The translations under genes and the position numbers were made by a program. Below, piece by piece: positions 12,001 to 25,629 of a DNA stretch of 64,000 bases. The DNA lies in NCBI GenBank assembly GCA_038087875.1, contig JAXLNO010004395.1, forward strand, positions 62,001-126,000, read 5' to 3'. A model generated the notes under the pieces. That model saw only the letters and a program-made list of their open reading frames with translations. It was not told where the DNA came from and did not search any database. Positions within the stretch are counted from its first letter, which is position 1. Each line of letters begins with the position of its first letter. The DNA comes from Malacoraja senta. Its lineage: Eukaryota.

Positions 12001-13369
12001 AATGTGATTGATACTTGTTGAGAGCAGAGCTGAAAATAGGTGAGGTGACCTTGGGAAACAGTGTGGACACAGGATGTCTGGGGATGGCCAGTTTATAAAT
12101 GGACTACACTATGAAGGAAAATAGATCAATGTTAAGAGTTCTCAAGCCAGATAAGCAAAACTAAGATGTGTTTTGTTATTCAGTCCATGGATGAGTGGCA
12201 ACTTGAATTTCTTGATTTTCTTTTCAGAGTTCAGACCTTGGATTAGAGTCTATTGTGCAACAAATCAGCTGAGCCCCTGGACAGATTAATGGTTGCCTGT
12301 TCAACATTCTGTACAACTGTAACATGACACCCCAACCCTAGTCCTCAGTACCATGGCTGAGGAAACAAGGCATAACATATACTCTGCGTAGGGATGAACA
12401 GCAGATGCTAATTTAAACCGAAGATAGACACAAAAAGCTAGAGAGACTCAGCGGCAATATTTCTGGAGAGAAGGAATGGGTGACCTTTTGGATTGAGGCG
12501 ATTCTTCAGACATATATTCCCTTCACTACCCTATCAAACTATGATGCCATTTTCAGGGAACTATGTAATTGTACACCAAGGTACAGCTCCATTTACAATC
12601 CTGCAATAGATTTGGACAGCCCTGATTTGACTTCCCAAAAGGCATCAAATCACACTTGTTTGAGTTAGATTTTAACTGGCATTCCTTCCCCCCCCCCCCC
12701 CCCCCCTCACCTCCATACCTTTCCGGTTGATCAACATTATTTTGTAATCTTAGACAACAATTATCATTACCTAATATACTTATCAATTTTGTTGTCAACT
12801 CTGGCAAAGAAGAATCCAAAGATACTTTATGTACATTCAAGAGTCAATATTGTTTTATTGTCATACTAGACCAAGTGCAGATCGGGTCTGCTCCCCCAAC
12901 GAAATATTCCAGCACTCACCCGTTCCCCCAACGCAACCCGTTTGGCTTAAAAAACAACTTTAATCATGAATAACCCGGTGGGGGGAGGGGACGGGGGGGG
13001 GGTGGCACTCGGCAGCTTGAGAGCCCATCGTGATTGGTGCACTGGAGGGGGGTGGGGAGGGATGGTTGGAGCACTGGAGTGCCCATCCCTCCTGGAGTGG
13101 CCCTGTCCTGCCTTGCGAGTGCATTGTGAAGTCACTCGGATTTTGTTTCCAAAATGGAAGAGTTTGAAGAAATCAGACTGTTTAAAAAAATGTTACGATT
13201 AATAACTTCGGAAATATAGGTGGAAATGTGACGGGAAGATGTTTATCGCCACCACGGGAAAAATGTGAGTACGACGTGTGAAAATGAGAAAGCTGTGGCC
13301 TAGCATTAGGAAGAAGATAGCAATTAACCAGATTGACACACACAGAGACACATCGTGGGCACAAACAAG

Positions 13370-13890
13370 CCAAAGACTTTTAGTTATATAGAGATGTCCT
13401 AGATAGAACAATGACATTCTTACTTGCAGCAGCACAACAGAATATGTAAACATAGTACACTGTAAACAATATAAGAAACAAGAAAAAAATAATATCTGGG
13501 TGTGTATATATACACATACTCACAAATACACATATATACAGATCATATTCGTATATATATATACACACACACACACACTCATATGTACACACAAAAAACA
13601 AACCATAATGGTGCAACAATAACAATAATAGTCTATGTAGTTAAGAGCTTGTTTAAGGCTGTAGTGTTTAATAGCGTAAAGGCTGTAGGGTAGAAGTTAT
13701 TCCTGAACCTGACATTACAGTTTTAAGGCTCCTGTACCTTCTACCCTATGGCAGGGATGAAATAAGTGTGTGGCCAGGGTGGTGTGGGTCTCTGATGATC
13801 CTTGCTGCCTTTTTGAGCTTCCTTCGATGGTGGGGAGGTTAGAACCCGTGATGGACTGGGCAGTGTTCACAAGTTTTTACAGTCTTCTTC
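13370..13890 (-). mobile_element. Rex1/Babar 3' UTR/tail fragment with an internal (CA/TA)n tract
   Basis: Similar to 600-1010 (TGCAGCAGCACAACAGAATATG; GTGTGGCCAGGGTGGTGTGGGTC). Confidence 0.65.
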
Positions 13891-13959
13891 ACTCCTATAT
13901 TAAATGAATGAGGGTAACTTGATAAAGAATAAATCCACTCAGAAAATAAAAGCTGTCAT

Positions 13960-14880
13960 CTCTGTGGGGAGCTGCATGAGATGAGCAAGATCTTCAATGA
14001 GTATTTCTCCCCTGTTTTTACTGTGGAGAAAGATTTGAAGATGAGGGAGCTTGCAACAGGAAATGGAGATGTCTGGAGGACAGTCCATGTTATGGCCGAT
14101 GATGTGCTGGAAATCCTAAGACATATGAAAGTAGATAATTCACCCAGACCTGATCACATATATCAGAGGATACTGTGGGGAGCTAGAGAAGAAATTGCAA
14201 GCGCCCTGACTGAGAGATATGAATCATTGTTAGACATGGGTGAGGTGCCGGATAACTGGAGGGTGGCAAATGTGGTGCATCTATTTAAGAAGGACTACAG
14301 GGCATAGCCTAGAAACTATAAATCAGTGAGCCTACAATCTGCGGTAGGTAAGTTACTGGAGAGGATTCAGAGAGAGAAGATAAATATGCATTTGAAGAGA
14401 CAGGGGCTGGTCAGCGTGGTTTTGGACGTGGGAGATCATGCCTCACCAATCTGGTAGTTTTTGGAAAAAGTAACCAAGAAGGTTGATGATGATAAGGTCA
14501 TAGACATTGTACATATGGTCTTTAGCAAGGCCTTTGATAAGTTTCTGCATGCTAGGCTGCCCTTGATGATTAGAGATCATTCAGGGAGAACTAGCTGCCT
14601 AACCAATGAATTAGGTTCATGGAAGGAAGCATAGGGTGATAGTGGAAGTGCTTTTCACACAGGAGGCCTGTGACTAGAGGTGTCCCTCAGGGATCTGTGT
14701 TGGGCCCATTGCTGATTGTGGTTTATATGAGCAACTTAGATGAAAATGTGCAGCATGATTAGAAACTTTGCAGATGACATTGACCTAGTTGGTATCATAA
14801 ACAGTGAACATAGTTATCAAAAATTACAGCTGGATCTTGATCAGTGAGACAAGTGGGCTGAAGAATGGTTAATGGAGCTT
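13960..14880 (+). mobile_element. Degenerate CR1 (HER1-like) ORF2 fragment
   Basis: NEYFSPVFTVE, VPDNWRVANVVHLFKK and degenerate FADD motifs. Confidence 0.8.
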
Positions 14881-15837
14881 CCAGGCCTGACCTACAGACA
14901 CTGTTGCCGATGCCACCATCGGCCCACAAAGCTTCCAGGCCATGTTTGCCTCCAACCTTCACCTGTACTCTAGCCCCTCGTGGGCCCATTGACTCCGCCG
15001 ATCCTCGCTTCGTCACCGGCCACCAGCCGGCCAAATACATCAACTCACATGGTTTGCAGTCCCAGTTTTCGGCCATTGACTGTTGGCCCCTACAATGTAT
15101 GGTAGAGTTGTCTGGGATCCTTCCCCCCCCCCCCCCCCCCCGCGACTTCCTTCTGATACATAACAGTCAGTCTTCAACAGAGGCCTTACCTTTGTATCCC
15201 TACATCCCCACCTCAACGAGTTCAGGGCTCACCATGATGTAGAGCTCTTCTTCTGTTGCCTCCGCTTCTGAGCCTTTTTCTACAGGAAGGAGTCCTCACC
15301 TCCCGGTGAAAACACCGTCCTCAGTATCCAACATTCCCCCTCCTCTTTGACCCCCCTGTGCCAGCCTTCTACCCTCTCCCAACCTGTTTATTTCGAACTG
15401 CCAGCATGACATATCTCTAAACCAAACTCAATTATGAGCAAATGGTGAATCAATTCTAAGTCAGGATGGATCCCAGGTCAGGTTCTCATACATCTGCTGA
15501 CCTTGTTGTTCTTGTGCTTGAGATGTTGAGTTTGGAATGTTCTGATGGGCTAGACGACATGTATCTGCAGTGTGTTTTGTCGCTGGTTAAAGCTTGTGGT
15601 GCAGTGAATAAACGAGAAAATGAAATTGAGCATTGTGCAATCAACAGCAGACAATCACTTTTGACTTTATAATGGAAGGATGGTCACTAAAGTCCCAGAT
15701 CTTGATTAGTGAGTACTCTACATTTTCCAGGCACCTAACATTGATTTACCTTGATTGGGTTACTTGGTATCTGCATAAGGAATGGGAACAGCTTCAAACA
15801 ATCTACTTGATTGTCGTTAATTAATTTTATTAATAAT

Positions 15838-16160
15838 ATCATAGAGTCATAGAGTGATACAGTTTGGAAACAGGTCCTTCGGCCCAACTCGCCCACACCG
15901 GCCAACAATGTCCCAGCTACACTGGTCCCACTTGCCTGTGATTGGTCCATATCCCCCCAAACCTGTCCTATCCATGTACCTGTCCAACTGTTTCTTAAAC
16001 AATAGCATAGTCCCAGCCTCAACTCCCTCCTCTGGCAGCTTGTTCCATAAACCCACCACCCTTTGTGTGAAAAAGTTACCCCTCGGATACCTATTAAATC
16101 TTTTCGCCTTCACCTTGAACCTATGTCCTCTGGTCCTCGATTCCCCTACTCTGGGCAAAG
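15838..16160 (-). mobile_element. CR1 3' end
   Basis: SRTRGHRFKV...FFTQRVVGLWN and a (CTATGACT)n-like tail. Confidence 0.85.
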
Positions 16161-16943
16161 TAATCTATGCATTGAATAACAGTTGATTGCGTTATCATTT
16201 CAATGTGTGCTGATCTTTCAGGAAACGTTCCAAGTCAATCCATGTTCATCACACTCATAGTCACTTTGAGGTAACATTGACTGGGCAGGTTGTCGCTTCT
16301 AGTAATCTTGATAAGGAATGTTTGGCCAAGTGTACAATGCTCAATTATTTCATAAAGTCAGATTCAAGTTGGGGCCGTGGACCAGTGTCTGTTCCATGCA
16401 AGATTAATCCTGATATTGTGAACTTTACACTAATACCAAATAATGTGGGCTAAACCCTGCAGCTCCAAACCAGTGCTGCCACCAAAGCAATAGGTTATAA
16501 GGTCATGTTAAATCTCTACATTGTTTACAACTTTGGAGTTTTGATTTATGCAAAATGTTAGTGGAAATGTGGTAACTCTTGTGTATTGTCTCAATGTAAT
16601 CTATATTTCCTGTAGTCTTGTACTAAAGTATGATTGTCCTTGTGTATTGTAAATGTTTGACAGAACTGTAGGCAAAAAGGAATTTCACTGAACCCAGGTA
16701 TATGTGACAATAAAGTACCATTGAACCATTGGATCAATGCACCCATTGTCACTTGAATACATAAGCAGGTTATAGTCAAGAATTATTTTAAAATTCATTT
16801 GCCCAGGTTTATGCACAGGTATGAAGTATTAATAGTCTCAGTTCAGTTTCGTTTATTGTGAAACAGTGAAAGCTGTTTACAGTGAAAAGCTTTTGTTGTG
16901 TGCTAACCAGTCAGCAGAAAGTCAATACATGATTGTAATCGAT

Positions 16944-17107
16944 CTGAAGATAGACACAAAAAGCTGGAGTAACTCAGCAGGACAGGCAGCATCTCTGGAG
17001 AGAAGGAATGGGTGACGTTTCGGGTTGAGACCCTTCTTCAATTCTTCTCTCCAGAGATGCTGGCTGCCCCGCTGAGTTACTCCAGCTTTTTGTGTGTCTA
17101 TCTTCAG
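16944..17107. repeat. Palindromic tail-to-tail Penelope terminal-repeat element
   Basis: CTGAAGATAGACACAAAAAGCTGGAGTAACTCAGC...GCTGAGTTACTCCAGCTTTTTGTGTGTCTATCTTCAG with a central hammerhead-like core. By eye there are roughly 15-20 related copies in the window. Confidence 0.8.
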
Positions 17108-17299
17108 TTTAAACCAGTATCTGCAGTTCCTTCGTACACATTACAATCGATCCATTTACAATGTATCACAGCAACTGGAGAACGAATCTCATCCTTTAAT
17201 CCCATTTTTTCCCCTCAGTCCAACACACTGAACACAATGGAAATTAGCTGACTGACCGGAGATGTGTTCTCCATGACTTTGCACAACTGGAGCTGTGGA

Positions 17300-18833
17300 A
17301 GCTCTACAGAGCTGTAGATGTTGTGTACATGGATTTCAGAAAGGTATTCGAAAAGGTAGCATGGTAGGCTGGTCAGGAAGATTTGATCACATGAGATCCA
17401 AGGAGAGATAGCTGAATGGATAGCAAATGGCTCCATGGAAGGAAGCAGAGGATGATGGTGGAAGGTTGCTTCACCGATTGGAGGCGTGTGACTAGTGGTG
17501 TGACTCAGGGTTCGGTGCTGGGTCCGTTACTGTTTGTCATCTACATAATTGATTTGGATGATATATTTATCCAAGATTAGCGAGTTTGCTGATGATACAC
17601 AAGTGAGTGGTTTTGCAGATGGTGAAGATGGTTGTGAACGATTGCAGGTAGACAATGGTTGTGAACGATTGCAGCAGGATCTGGACCGATTGGCCAGTGG
17701 GCTGAGGAATGGTTGATGGAATTTAATACAGAGAAGTGTGAGGTGTTGCTTTTTGGGACGTCTAACACAGTAAATGGTCTGTCTCTGGGGAGTGTTGAGA
17801 GGAGAGGGATCTAGGAGTACAAGTGCAAGGTTCCTTAAATGTCGAGTCACAGGTAGATAAGGTGGTCAAAAAGGCTTTTGGCACATTGTCCTTCATCAGT
17901 CAGAATAATGAGTACAGAAGTTGGGAGGTCATGTTGCAGTCGTATAAGACATTGGTGAGACCGCATTTAGAATATTGTGTTCAGTTCTGGGCACCATGTT
18001 ATAGGAAATATGTTGTCAAGCTTGAAACTGGTCAGAAAATATTTACAAGGATGTTGCCAGGACTAGAGGGTGTGAGTTATAGGGAGAGGTTGAGTAGGCT
18101 GGGTCTCTATTCCTTGGAGCGCAGGAGGATGAGGGGTGATCTTGTAAGAGGTATACAAAACCATGAGAGGAATAGTTCGGGTAGATGCACAGTCTTTTGC
18201 TCAGAGTAGGGGAATCGAGGACCAGATGACATAGTTTCAAGGTCAATGGGAAAAGATTTAATAGGAATCCGAAGGGTAACTTTTTCACACAAAGTGTGGT
18301 GGGTGTATGGAACAAGCTCCCAGAGGAGGTAATTGAGGCTGGGACTATCCCCTCGTTTAAGAAACAGTTAGGCAGGTACATTAATATGACAGGTTTGGAG
18401 GGATATGGACCAAAGGCAAGCAGGTGGGACTAGTGTAGCTGGGACATGTTGGCCGGTGTGGACAAGTTGGGCCGAAGGGCCTGTTCCCAAACTATATCAC
18501 TCTATGACTCCATAACTAAACCAGGGGCCACAGTCTTAGAATAAAGGGGAGGTCATTTAAGACTCGGGTGAGAAAATTCGTTTTCACCCAGAGAGTTGTG
18601 AATTTATGGAATTCCCTGCCACAGAGGGCAGTGGAGGCCAAATCACTGGATGGATTTAACAGAGAGTTAGATAGAGCTCTAGGGGCTAGTGGAGTCAAGG
18701 GATATGGGGAGAAGGCAGGCATGGGTTATTGATAGGGGACGATCAGCCATGATCATAATGAATGGCGGTGCTGGCTCGAAGGGCCGAATGGCCTCCTCCT
18801 GCACCTATTTTCTATGTTTCTATGTTTCTATGT
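17300..18833 (+). mobile_element. CR1 RT/3' fragment followed by a second CR1 3' end
   Basis: VYMDF, QGSVLGP, FADD, LVRPHLEYCVQFW; tails (CTATGACT) at ~18500 and (TTCTATGT)n at ~18810-18833. Confidence 0.85.
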
Positions 18834-19383
18834 TTAAAAGTCATGGAAGGAAGGAGATAATTTTCATTGGAGATGGGTTGTATGATGTGATAGTGTTCAT
18901 CGAATGTAAAATTTCTGTTTGCATTCGACTAGGTCAGTTTATCTTGGCATTACATTTGGCATATACATTGTGGGCCAAAGGGTGAGTTCCTGACCTGTAA
19001 TATTCTGTATCTGATAGTCTACAAAGCACACATTCACCCTGCCTCTGTTCCTGTACCTCTTCTGACTGATCTGTTGGGCTGAGACTCCAGCCCCAACCTC
19101 TTACACAATGTGAGATTTGTGGAATGACAAATACATTTCCATCACTTAGTGACTGGAGCACCTCAGGCACTGGGCCAAGTGTTTGCTGATAAACTGTCCA
19201 CTATTGCCTGGGTTCTTGAGTGAACAAGGCACTCTTTCAATACCTTCTCAACTATCTAAAAGATCAAGTAACAGGGTGGAACGTAATTAATTCAATTTGG
19301 TTCATATTTATGTTATAAAATTAGATATGATAAATATAGATTAATTGCATAAATGTATCTGTCATTGATAAACTTGATCTGTT

Positions 19384-19538
19384 CACACCATTTTGAATCA
19401 CATGCCCCGTTCCAAAATTCCTCCATTCACACCATGGTGAATCACATACCCCATTCAAAAATGTATCCACCAACACCATTCTGAAGAACATCCCCATTCA
19501 AAAAAATTATCCATTCACACAATACTGATTCACATACC
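19384..19538. repeat. 44-bp minisatellite, ~3.5 diverged units
   Basis: Units start at 19384, 19428, 19472 and 19516; approximate consensus CACACCATTNTGAATCACATNCCCCATTCAAAAANTTNTCCATT. Confidence 0.8.
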
Positions 19539-20982
19539 AAATGTGCAGGAAAGAACTGCAGATGCCAGTTTACACGGAAGACAGACACAAAATGCTGGAG
19601 TAACTCACAGGCAGCATCTCTAGAGAGAAGGAATGGGTAACATTGTGGGTCGAGACCCTACTTCAGACCAAGATGTGTTCAGATCCAATAGACTACTTTT
19701 AAATTTTATAAGTTCACATTTCCATCCAAATCCCACTGACTTCCATTTCACAGTCAACATCTCCATTCTCATTGACATGCGATTTACACATAGGCCAGGA
19801 GGATTTCCCCCCCCCCCCCAATGGACCTCAACCCAAAACATCACCCATTCCTTCTATCCAGAGATGCTGCCTGTGCCTGTGAGTTACTACGACATTTTGT
19901 GTCTATCTTCGGCTTAAACCAGCATCTGCAGTTCCTTTGTTTACATTAAGAATGTTTTGGACTTGTTTAGCATGGTTTGAACTCATTGTTTGAAAGCAGA
20001 ATTCATTAACATTGTCCAATAGGGAGAGTGAGTATTTCTTTAATAAATGCCACAATTTGTTTGCTTTTCCTCGTGAAAGGCTGAGCTTGGTATTGGGTTT
20101 CCTGAATTCCACTGTAATCAATATCAGACTGACAGACAAAAAGCCTTGATCTCACCATTAACTATAGAGTAGCATGCAGTCTAGTTCAGGCTAGGCTGTG
20201 ATGTCTCCCGGTAAATGGAAATAGCTCTCAAACATACCATGTGCAAACTGATCCTCAAAGTTCGGTCGTGTGAGAAAGGTATTGTAGAGAGTGTGTCTCC
20301 TTACAGCTAAAGCAGAACAAGAGGTCAGTGCACTTGTATCAGAGAAATTGATTAAAAGATTTTTAAATAACCTACGCCTTTCCAGAGAATGCCATCTTGT
20401 AACAAAAGGCCTCTTATCAATAGATTATGCGAGGTGGCTGTTGATTGAATTGAATACTTTATTGTCACATGTGACAAGTCTCAGTGACATTCTTTGCTTG
20501 CACACACAAGGTATGGAAATAGTTGCCCATAAAGGGCGCTTACAAAGTTACAAATTCACGTCCCCCATGCTGGGTCCTCCTTTGTTCCTTCCCTTGGCAG
20601 CGGCGTCCTCACTTCCACTTGTCCATCCTCGTCCATCGGTCGGCGCCATCATCGACCGCCACACTGGCCTTTTCATTAACGCTGCCGGGTCCTCTCCGGA
20701 CGCCTTCGTGGCACCGGCCCAGGCCCCAGCTGCGGGCTCCATTCACTCAGGCAAGAAGTAACTGAGTTATGTGCAAAGCTATTTTTTTTTTCATATCTCC
20801 ATTCTCAGTCAGAGAGCCATGGGTCAATATCCCACCAAAGAAACACCAGTGGAATCTAGTGCTATACAGGACGTTCTGCAGAGTTTGTGATGCAATTTTA
20901 CTACCACATGTTAAACCAAAATACTACCAGGCCGGCACAATGGCACAAATGGCAGAGCTGCTCCCTCAGTGCTAGAGAATAT

Positions 20983-21520
20983 TGTGAGCAATTCTGGGCA
21001 CTATATCTGAGGAAGGATGTGCTGGCTCTGGAGAGGGTCCAGAGGAGGTTTACAACAATGATCCCAGAAATGAGTAGGTTAACCTATCATGAACATTTGT
21101 TAGCACTGGGCCTGTACTCTCTGGAGTTTAGAAGAATGAGGGGGGGACCTCATTAAAACCTACAGAATAGTGAATGGTTTGGATAGAGTGGATGTGGAGA
21201 GGATGTTTCCACTCGTGGGAGAGTCTAGGACTAGAGGTCATAGCCTCAGAATTAAAGGACGTTCTTTTAGGAAGATGAGGAGAAATTTCTTAAGGCAGAG
21301 GGTGGCAAATCCATGGAATTTGTTGCCACAGAAGGCTGTGGAGGCCGTCAGTGGATATTTTTAAGTCGAAGATAGATAGATTCTTGATTGGTACAAGTGT
21401 CCGAGGTTATGGGGAGAAGGCAGGAGAATGGGGTGAGGAGGGAGAGATAGATCAGTAATGATTGAATGGTGGAGTGGACTAGATGGGCTGAATGGCCTAA
21501 TTCTACACCCATTCCTTATG
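20983..21520 (+). mobile_element. CR1 3' fragment
   Basis: EYCEQFWALYLRKDVLALERVQRRFT and ESRTRGHSLRIKG. Confidence 0.85.
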
Positions 21521-23531
21521 ACCTGGCCTTGTTCCTGCCCTCAAGTACTGTCCGTGTGGAGTTTTCACCTTCCCCCTGTGACTGCGCTGGCTACCTCCAG
21601 GTGCTCCAGCTTCCTCGTACACCACATGCTGGCTTGTTGCTTAATCAGCCTCCGTGAAGTCAAAATGTGATGCATAAATGTGATAACACTGAACTGGTGT
21701 GAACGGATGGTCAATGACTGGTGTGGATCCGGTGGGCTGAATGGCCTGATATATATTTCAGCCCTCTAAAAAATAATCCCAAAAGGTTATTTAAGGAATA
21801 CAGGTTAATCCCAGAATCCTCATTGATATTTATCTTGCAGTTGATACCAGCGAAGAACACAGATCATCTGTCGCTCATCACATTTCCCTTTGAATGAAAA
21901 TTGGAAGCAGTGTTTGAGAGTGTCAGCTGTGTGGACAGGTTAGACAAACTTAGATCATTTGCTCTTGTGGAGTTGGAATATGAGGAGGGTGGGGGACACC
22001 TGATGGAAGTATATATAATTATGAGAGACACAGAGTAGAGAGGAGTAAATCTTAAAGGATTTTTTACACAGAGAGTGGTGGGTGCTTGGAGCGTGCTGTC
22101 AGAGGAAGTAGTGGAAACAGATATGATAGCAATGTTTAAAGGCATTTAAACAGGCATGTATGTTGTACTGCTCTATGTTTTATGTTAACTAATAAATTGA
22201 TTTTGACTGTCGCGCCACACTGTGGCTCTTTTATTTTATTTTTTGTTTATTATCTTGTTTATCTATTTATACTCTGTTTATGGGCCTGTTAGGCTGCTGC
22301 ATGTAATAATGTAATTGTTCTGTTGTTGGAACATTTAATTAGACATTTCATTAAAGAAGCTTAACTCTCTTGTCTCTCTTGGCTCCTGACATGTGAACAG
22401 AGAGGAAATGAAGGGGTGTGTGGAAAGGAACAGCAGATCCTGGTTTAAACCAAAGGTAGACACAAAAATCTTGAGTAACTCAGTGGGAAAGGCAGCATCT
22501 CAGGAGAGAAGGACTGGGTGATGTTTTGGGTCGAGACCCTTCTTCAGTCTGGATAGACCATGTGCAGGAAGATGGGATTAGTTTGTAATGACAACATAGC
22601 CAGCACAGACGTTGTGATGCTAGGGCTTATCCTTGTGTCATCCTGCTCAATGATATTCATTCAATAGTGCTTACATTTCAAGAAATACTCAGTGGTTCTA
22701 AATGTTTTTGAAATGTTGTGAAAGGTTTTCCAAGAATGAATCTATATATTTTACTTTTTTCTCAGTTTTTCATATTCTGATTTACATTGTAAAGAATCTC
22801 ATTGTGTACGCACACAGAAACCAACCAAACAGTATCCTACTTCAAGGCCAGAGTTTATGTTGCACTTGAACCTGCAAACACCCTTGTTGGTATAACTTTA
22901 TCAGTGTAACCATCTGTTGGCTTGTTACCTATTTGTTTATCGAAGCAGCTTGCTGTTAAATAGAGGTGTTATATTTACCCCAGCTTCTCACTATGTAGCA
23001 GATCCCCCCCTTGTCAATCTTTTTCAAGAGTTTCCCTTCTTTATCTCTGTTTGCTTTGTTGCTACATTTTCCTTGATCTCCATTCCCGTTGTCCTGTTTT
23101 CAAATCTCACACGTCCTTATCTATACACTTCCTTATCTATCGACCTCCCATTCCCCTGACATCAGCCTGAAGAAGGGTCTCGACCCAAAATGTCACCCAT
23201 TCCTTCTCTTCAGAGATGCTGCCTGTCCCGACGAGTTACTCCAGAATTTTGTGTCTATGTTCTGATTGGATCTCTTGTTGTTTCCTTGCATTCTTATTTT
23301 GATTGTTTATCCATGTGTCATTAAAGTTGTTGGCGTTGGACTTCCGGTGGCGCCATGTTGGACTGAACAGGCGTACCATTTAGCTCCGTGCCCGTAATTA
23401 GCGAATTTTCGCTTTGAAAATCGTTTTGGAGTCGGGACCGTGTGAAAACACTTACCGGAGCTGCTCGTCGCGGTGCTGATGACGTCATCAGAAATCGCCG
23501 CGAAAATAACGGAGGTTTAAACTATTTATGA

Positions 23532-24596
23532 ATGAAAAAAACAACTCCCTGTCAGAGCCCTCAGAGATCTGTCTTCAAGCAACTGCTGAAAAAACAGTCA
23601 CCACCTGAAAAAATCCAAGAACCAGAAGAAGTATCTGCTGAACTTCAAGAACCTGAAGAAGCAACTGCTGTATTAGCCCTGAAAATGGCTACAAGATTAA
23701 AGGCTGAAATGGCTGAAAAAGTTTTAAAGGACAAAGAGCTGGAGGAAATTAAAACTTCGGTGAGTGACTTAAAAAATGAACTTCTGGCATGTAATAAAAG
23801 TATGATGGAGAGCATGATGGAGAACATGAACATCGGAAATCAGAAAGTATTCGGTAATATAAATAAACGAATAGATGATGTTCATGGTGAATTATCTCTG
23901 AAAATTGATAAAGTGGAAATAGACTGTACTAATAAGTTGGATGTGGTCCACCAAACTGTTACAACATGCTGTACTGCCATTAAAGATATGGAAATAGCAA
24001 TGTTACAAATGGCTGAAGAAATGCAGAAAATCAAGAAGAATTATGAAGATGTCGTGGGTCAGCTGGCTAAAACGTCGGATAAATGCCTTGATTTGGAAGC
24101 AAGGTCAAGACGGCAGAATTTAAGAATAGTTGCAGTGTCAGAAGGAGAGGAGGGGGATGATCCCCAAGAGTACACTGCTAACTTACTTAAAAATATACTC
24201 AACCTGCCAGCTAAACCGAAAATAGAAGTGGCACACCAGGTGAATCGGCCAAAAACAAGGGCAAACATAAAAGGAGCTCCCCCACGACAGATCATTGTGA
24301 AATTTTGGGACATTTCAGCTTTGGAAGAGGCCATGAGAAAAATTCAGCACGGAAAGATTATGAAGTTTGGGATGGATACTATCAAACTTTTTAGAGACTA
24401 TCCTTATGAAATTGCTAAAAAACGAGAAGCGTTTAAAAATACACAACAGATCTTGAAAGGGCACAGGGACATCAGATATGGGATAATTTATCCGGCTAAG
24501 ATGATCATTACTTATAAACACACCGAACGCAAGTTTACTGATCCAGAAGCTGCTTACAAATATGCTCAAGACATCGTAAAGGAAATAGAGGCTTAA
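23532..24596 (+). CDS. L1 ORF1 (coiled coil + RRM/CTD), open, 354 aa
   Basis: Coiled-coil region, LEARSRRQNLRIV, EVAH, PRQIIVKF, FRDYP and IIYPAKM motifs. Confidence 0.9.
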   Translation: MKKTTPCQSPQRSVFKQLLKKQSPPEKIQEPEEVSAELQEPEEATAVLALKMATRLKAEMAEKVLKDKELEEIKTSVSDLKNELLACNKSMMESMMENMNIGNQKVFGNINKRIDDVHGELSLKIDKVEIDCTNKLDVVHQTVTTCCTAIKDMEIAMLQMAEEMQKIKKNYEDVVGQLAKTSDKCLDLEARSRRQNLRIVAVSEGEEGDDPQEYTANLLKNILNLPAKPKIEVAHQVNRPKTRANIKGAPPRQIIVKFWDISALEEAMRKIQHGKIMKFGMDTIKLFRDYPYEIAKKREAFKNTQQILKGHRDIRYGIIYPAKMIITYKHTERKFTDPEAAYKYAQDIVKEIEA

Positions 24597-25629
24597 GTAA
24601 AGCATCACATTCTCAAGACAAGGTTTTTATTCTACAGACAACGGCTGAGGGAAAGTCGATAGAAATAACTTTTTAAATTTTAAGATGGCGCAGCCTCTCC
24701 ATGTGCGGCTGTCTAGGCTCTCTTATCTCCTCAAGGACAAATTCGGCTTCAACATGAGCGAAAGACGGAATAACAAGGGTGTGGCTGAAGGAGCAACCTA
24801 ACGAAGATGGATGGGGAAAAAAATTCCTGAATGAAAGACTTAAAATCTTATCCCTACACTAATTCCATACTAACACAAAACTACTGAACTAATATAGTAG
24901 TAGTAATTAAAGTTATCGAAATTAACACACTAACAGTAACAATAATTGATTTAAAATTGAATTGCTTCATTGATAAAATGTAATAATTCATTATAAGGAT
25001 TAACCACCCCCCCGGGTATGGGAGGAGGGGGGCTAAACATAAGAAAATAGATTTACAATAAACTAACAAATTAATTTAAAACTTATGATAAGTTGTAGTT
25101 CAAATTTTGGGGAAGGAGGCGAGGAGATTCAGAAGCTTGGCAAATAGCCAGGTGCCTGAATCGGGTTAACCCCTTCCAACCAAAGGCAGATTAGTATGGA
25201 AGAGAAAGATAATGTAATAATTGTTATTATAAGTAAATGGTAGATAATTTTGCAGATTATAGAAGTTTTATTTAGATATAAAGATATGACACATAAAATT
25301 TGGCTTTGAATGGGTCCCAACTCCCTTTTGTAAGATTAATCAAGGGGACGGAGCTAAATGTAGATTAACAACTACGGAAGTCATTAAATATGTAACTACC
25401 ACCAGTAGGTGGATAATTGGTCACAGTGTCGTTATTTTTAGACACTGTGACCTCACTTTTTTGATTTTTTTAAAATATCACAATAATGTACACTTTTTTG
25501 TTTTTTCACTTAAGGACAATTTTGAGAGGGATGTAATAACTGAATTTATTATTGCAAATGCTCGCCCAACAGCCAGAGACCTAAGGTATTGTTTGCACCA
25601 CATGTTTAAAAGGTATTAAATAATTCAAA

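Noticed and set aside
16223-16453. 76-codon open frame behind a good plus-strand acceptor
   Set aside because: No recognisable domain, no matching donor before the stop, and no partner exons.
19384-19538. CRISPR-like array
   Set aside because: Contiguous diverged tandem units without unique spacers, in a eukaryotic context.
20307-20440. Plus-strand acceptor followed by LRLSRECHLVTKG..ID..WL, reminiscent of the alpha3 start
   Set aside because: The match needs several single-codon gaps, lacks FYP, and has no LPNxDG half downstream; it is compatible with chance.
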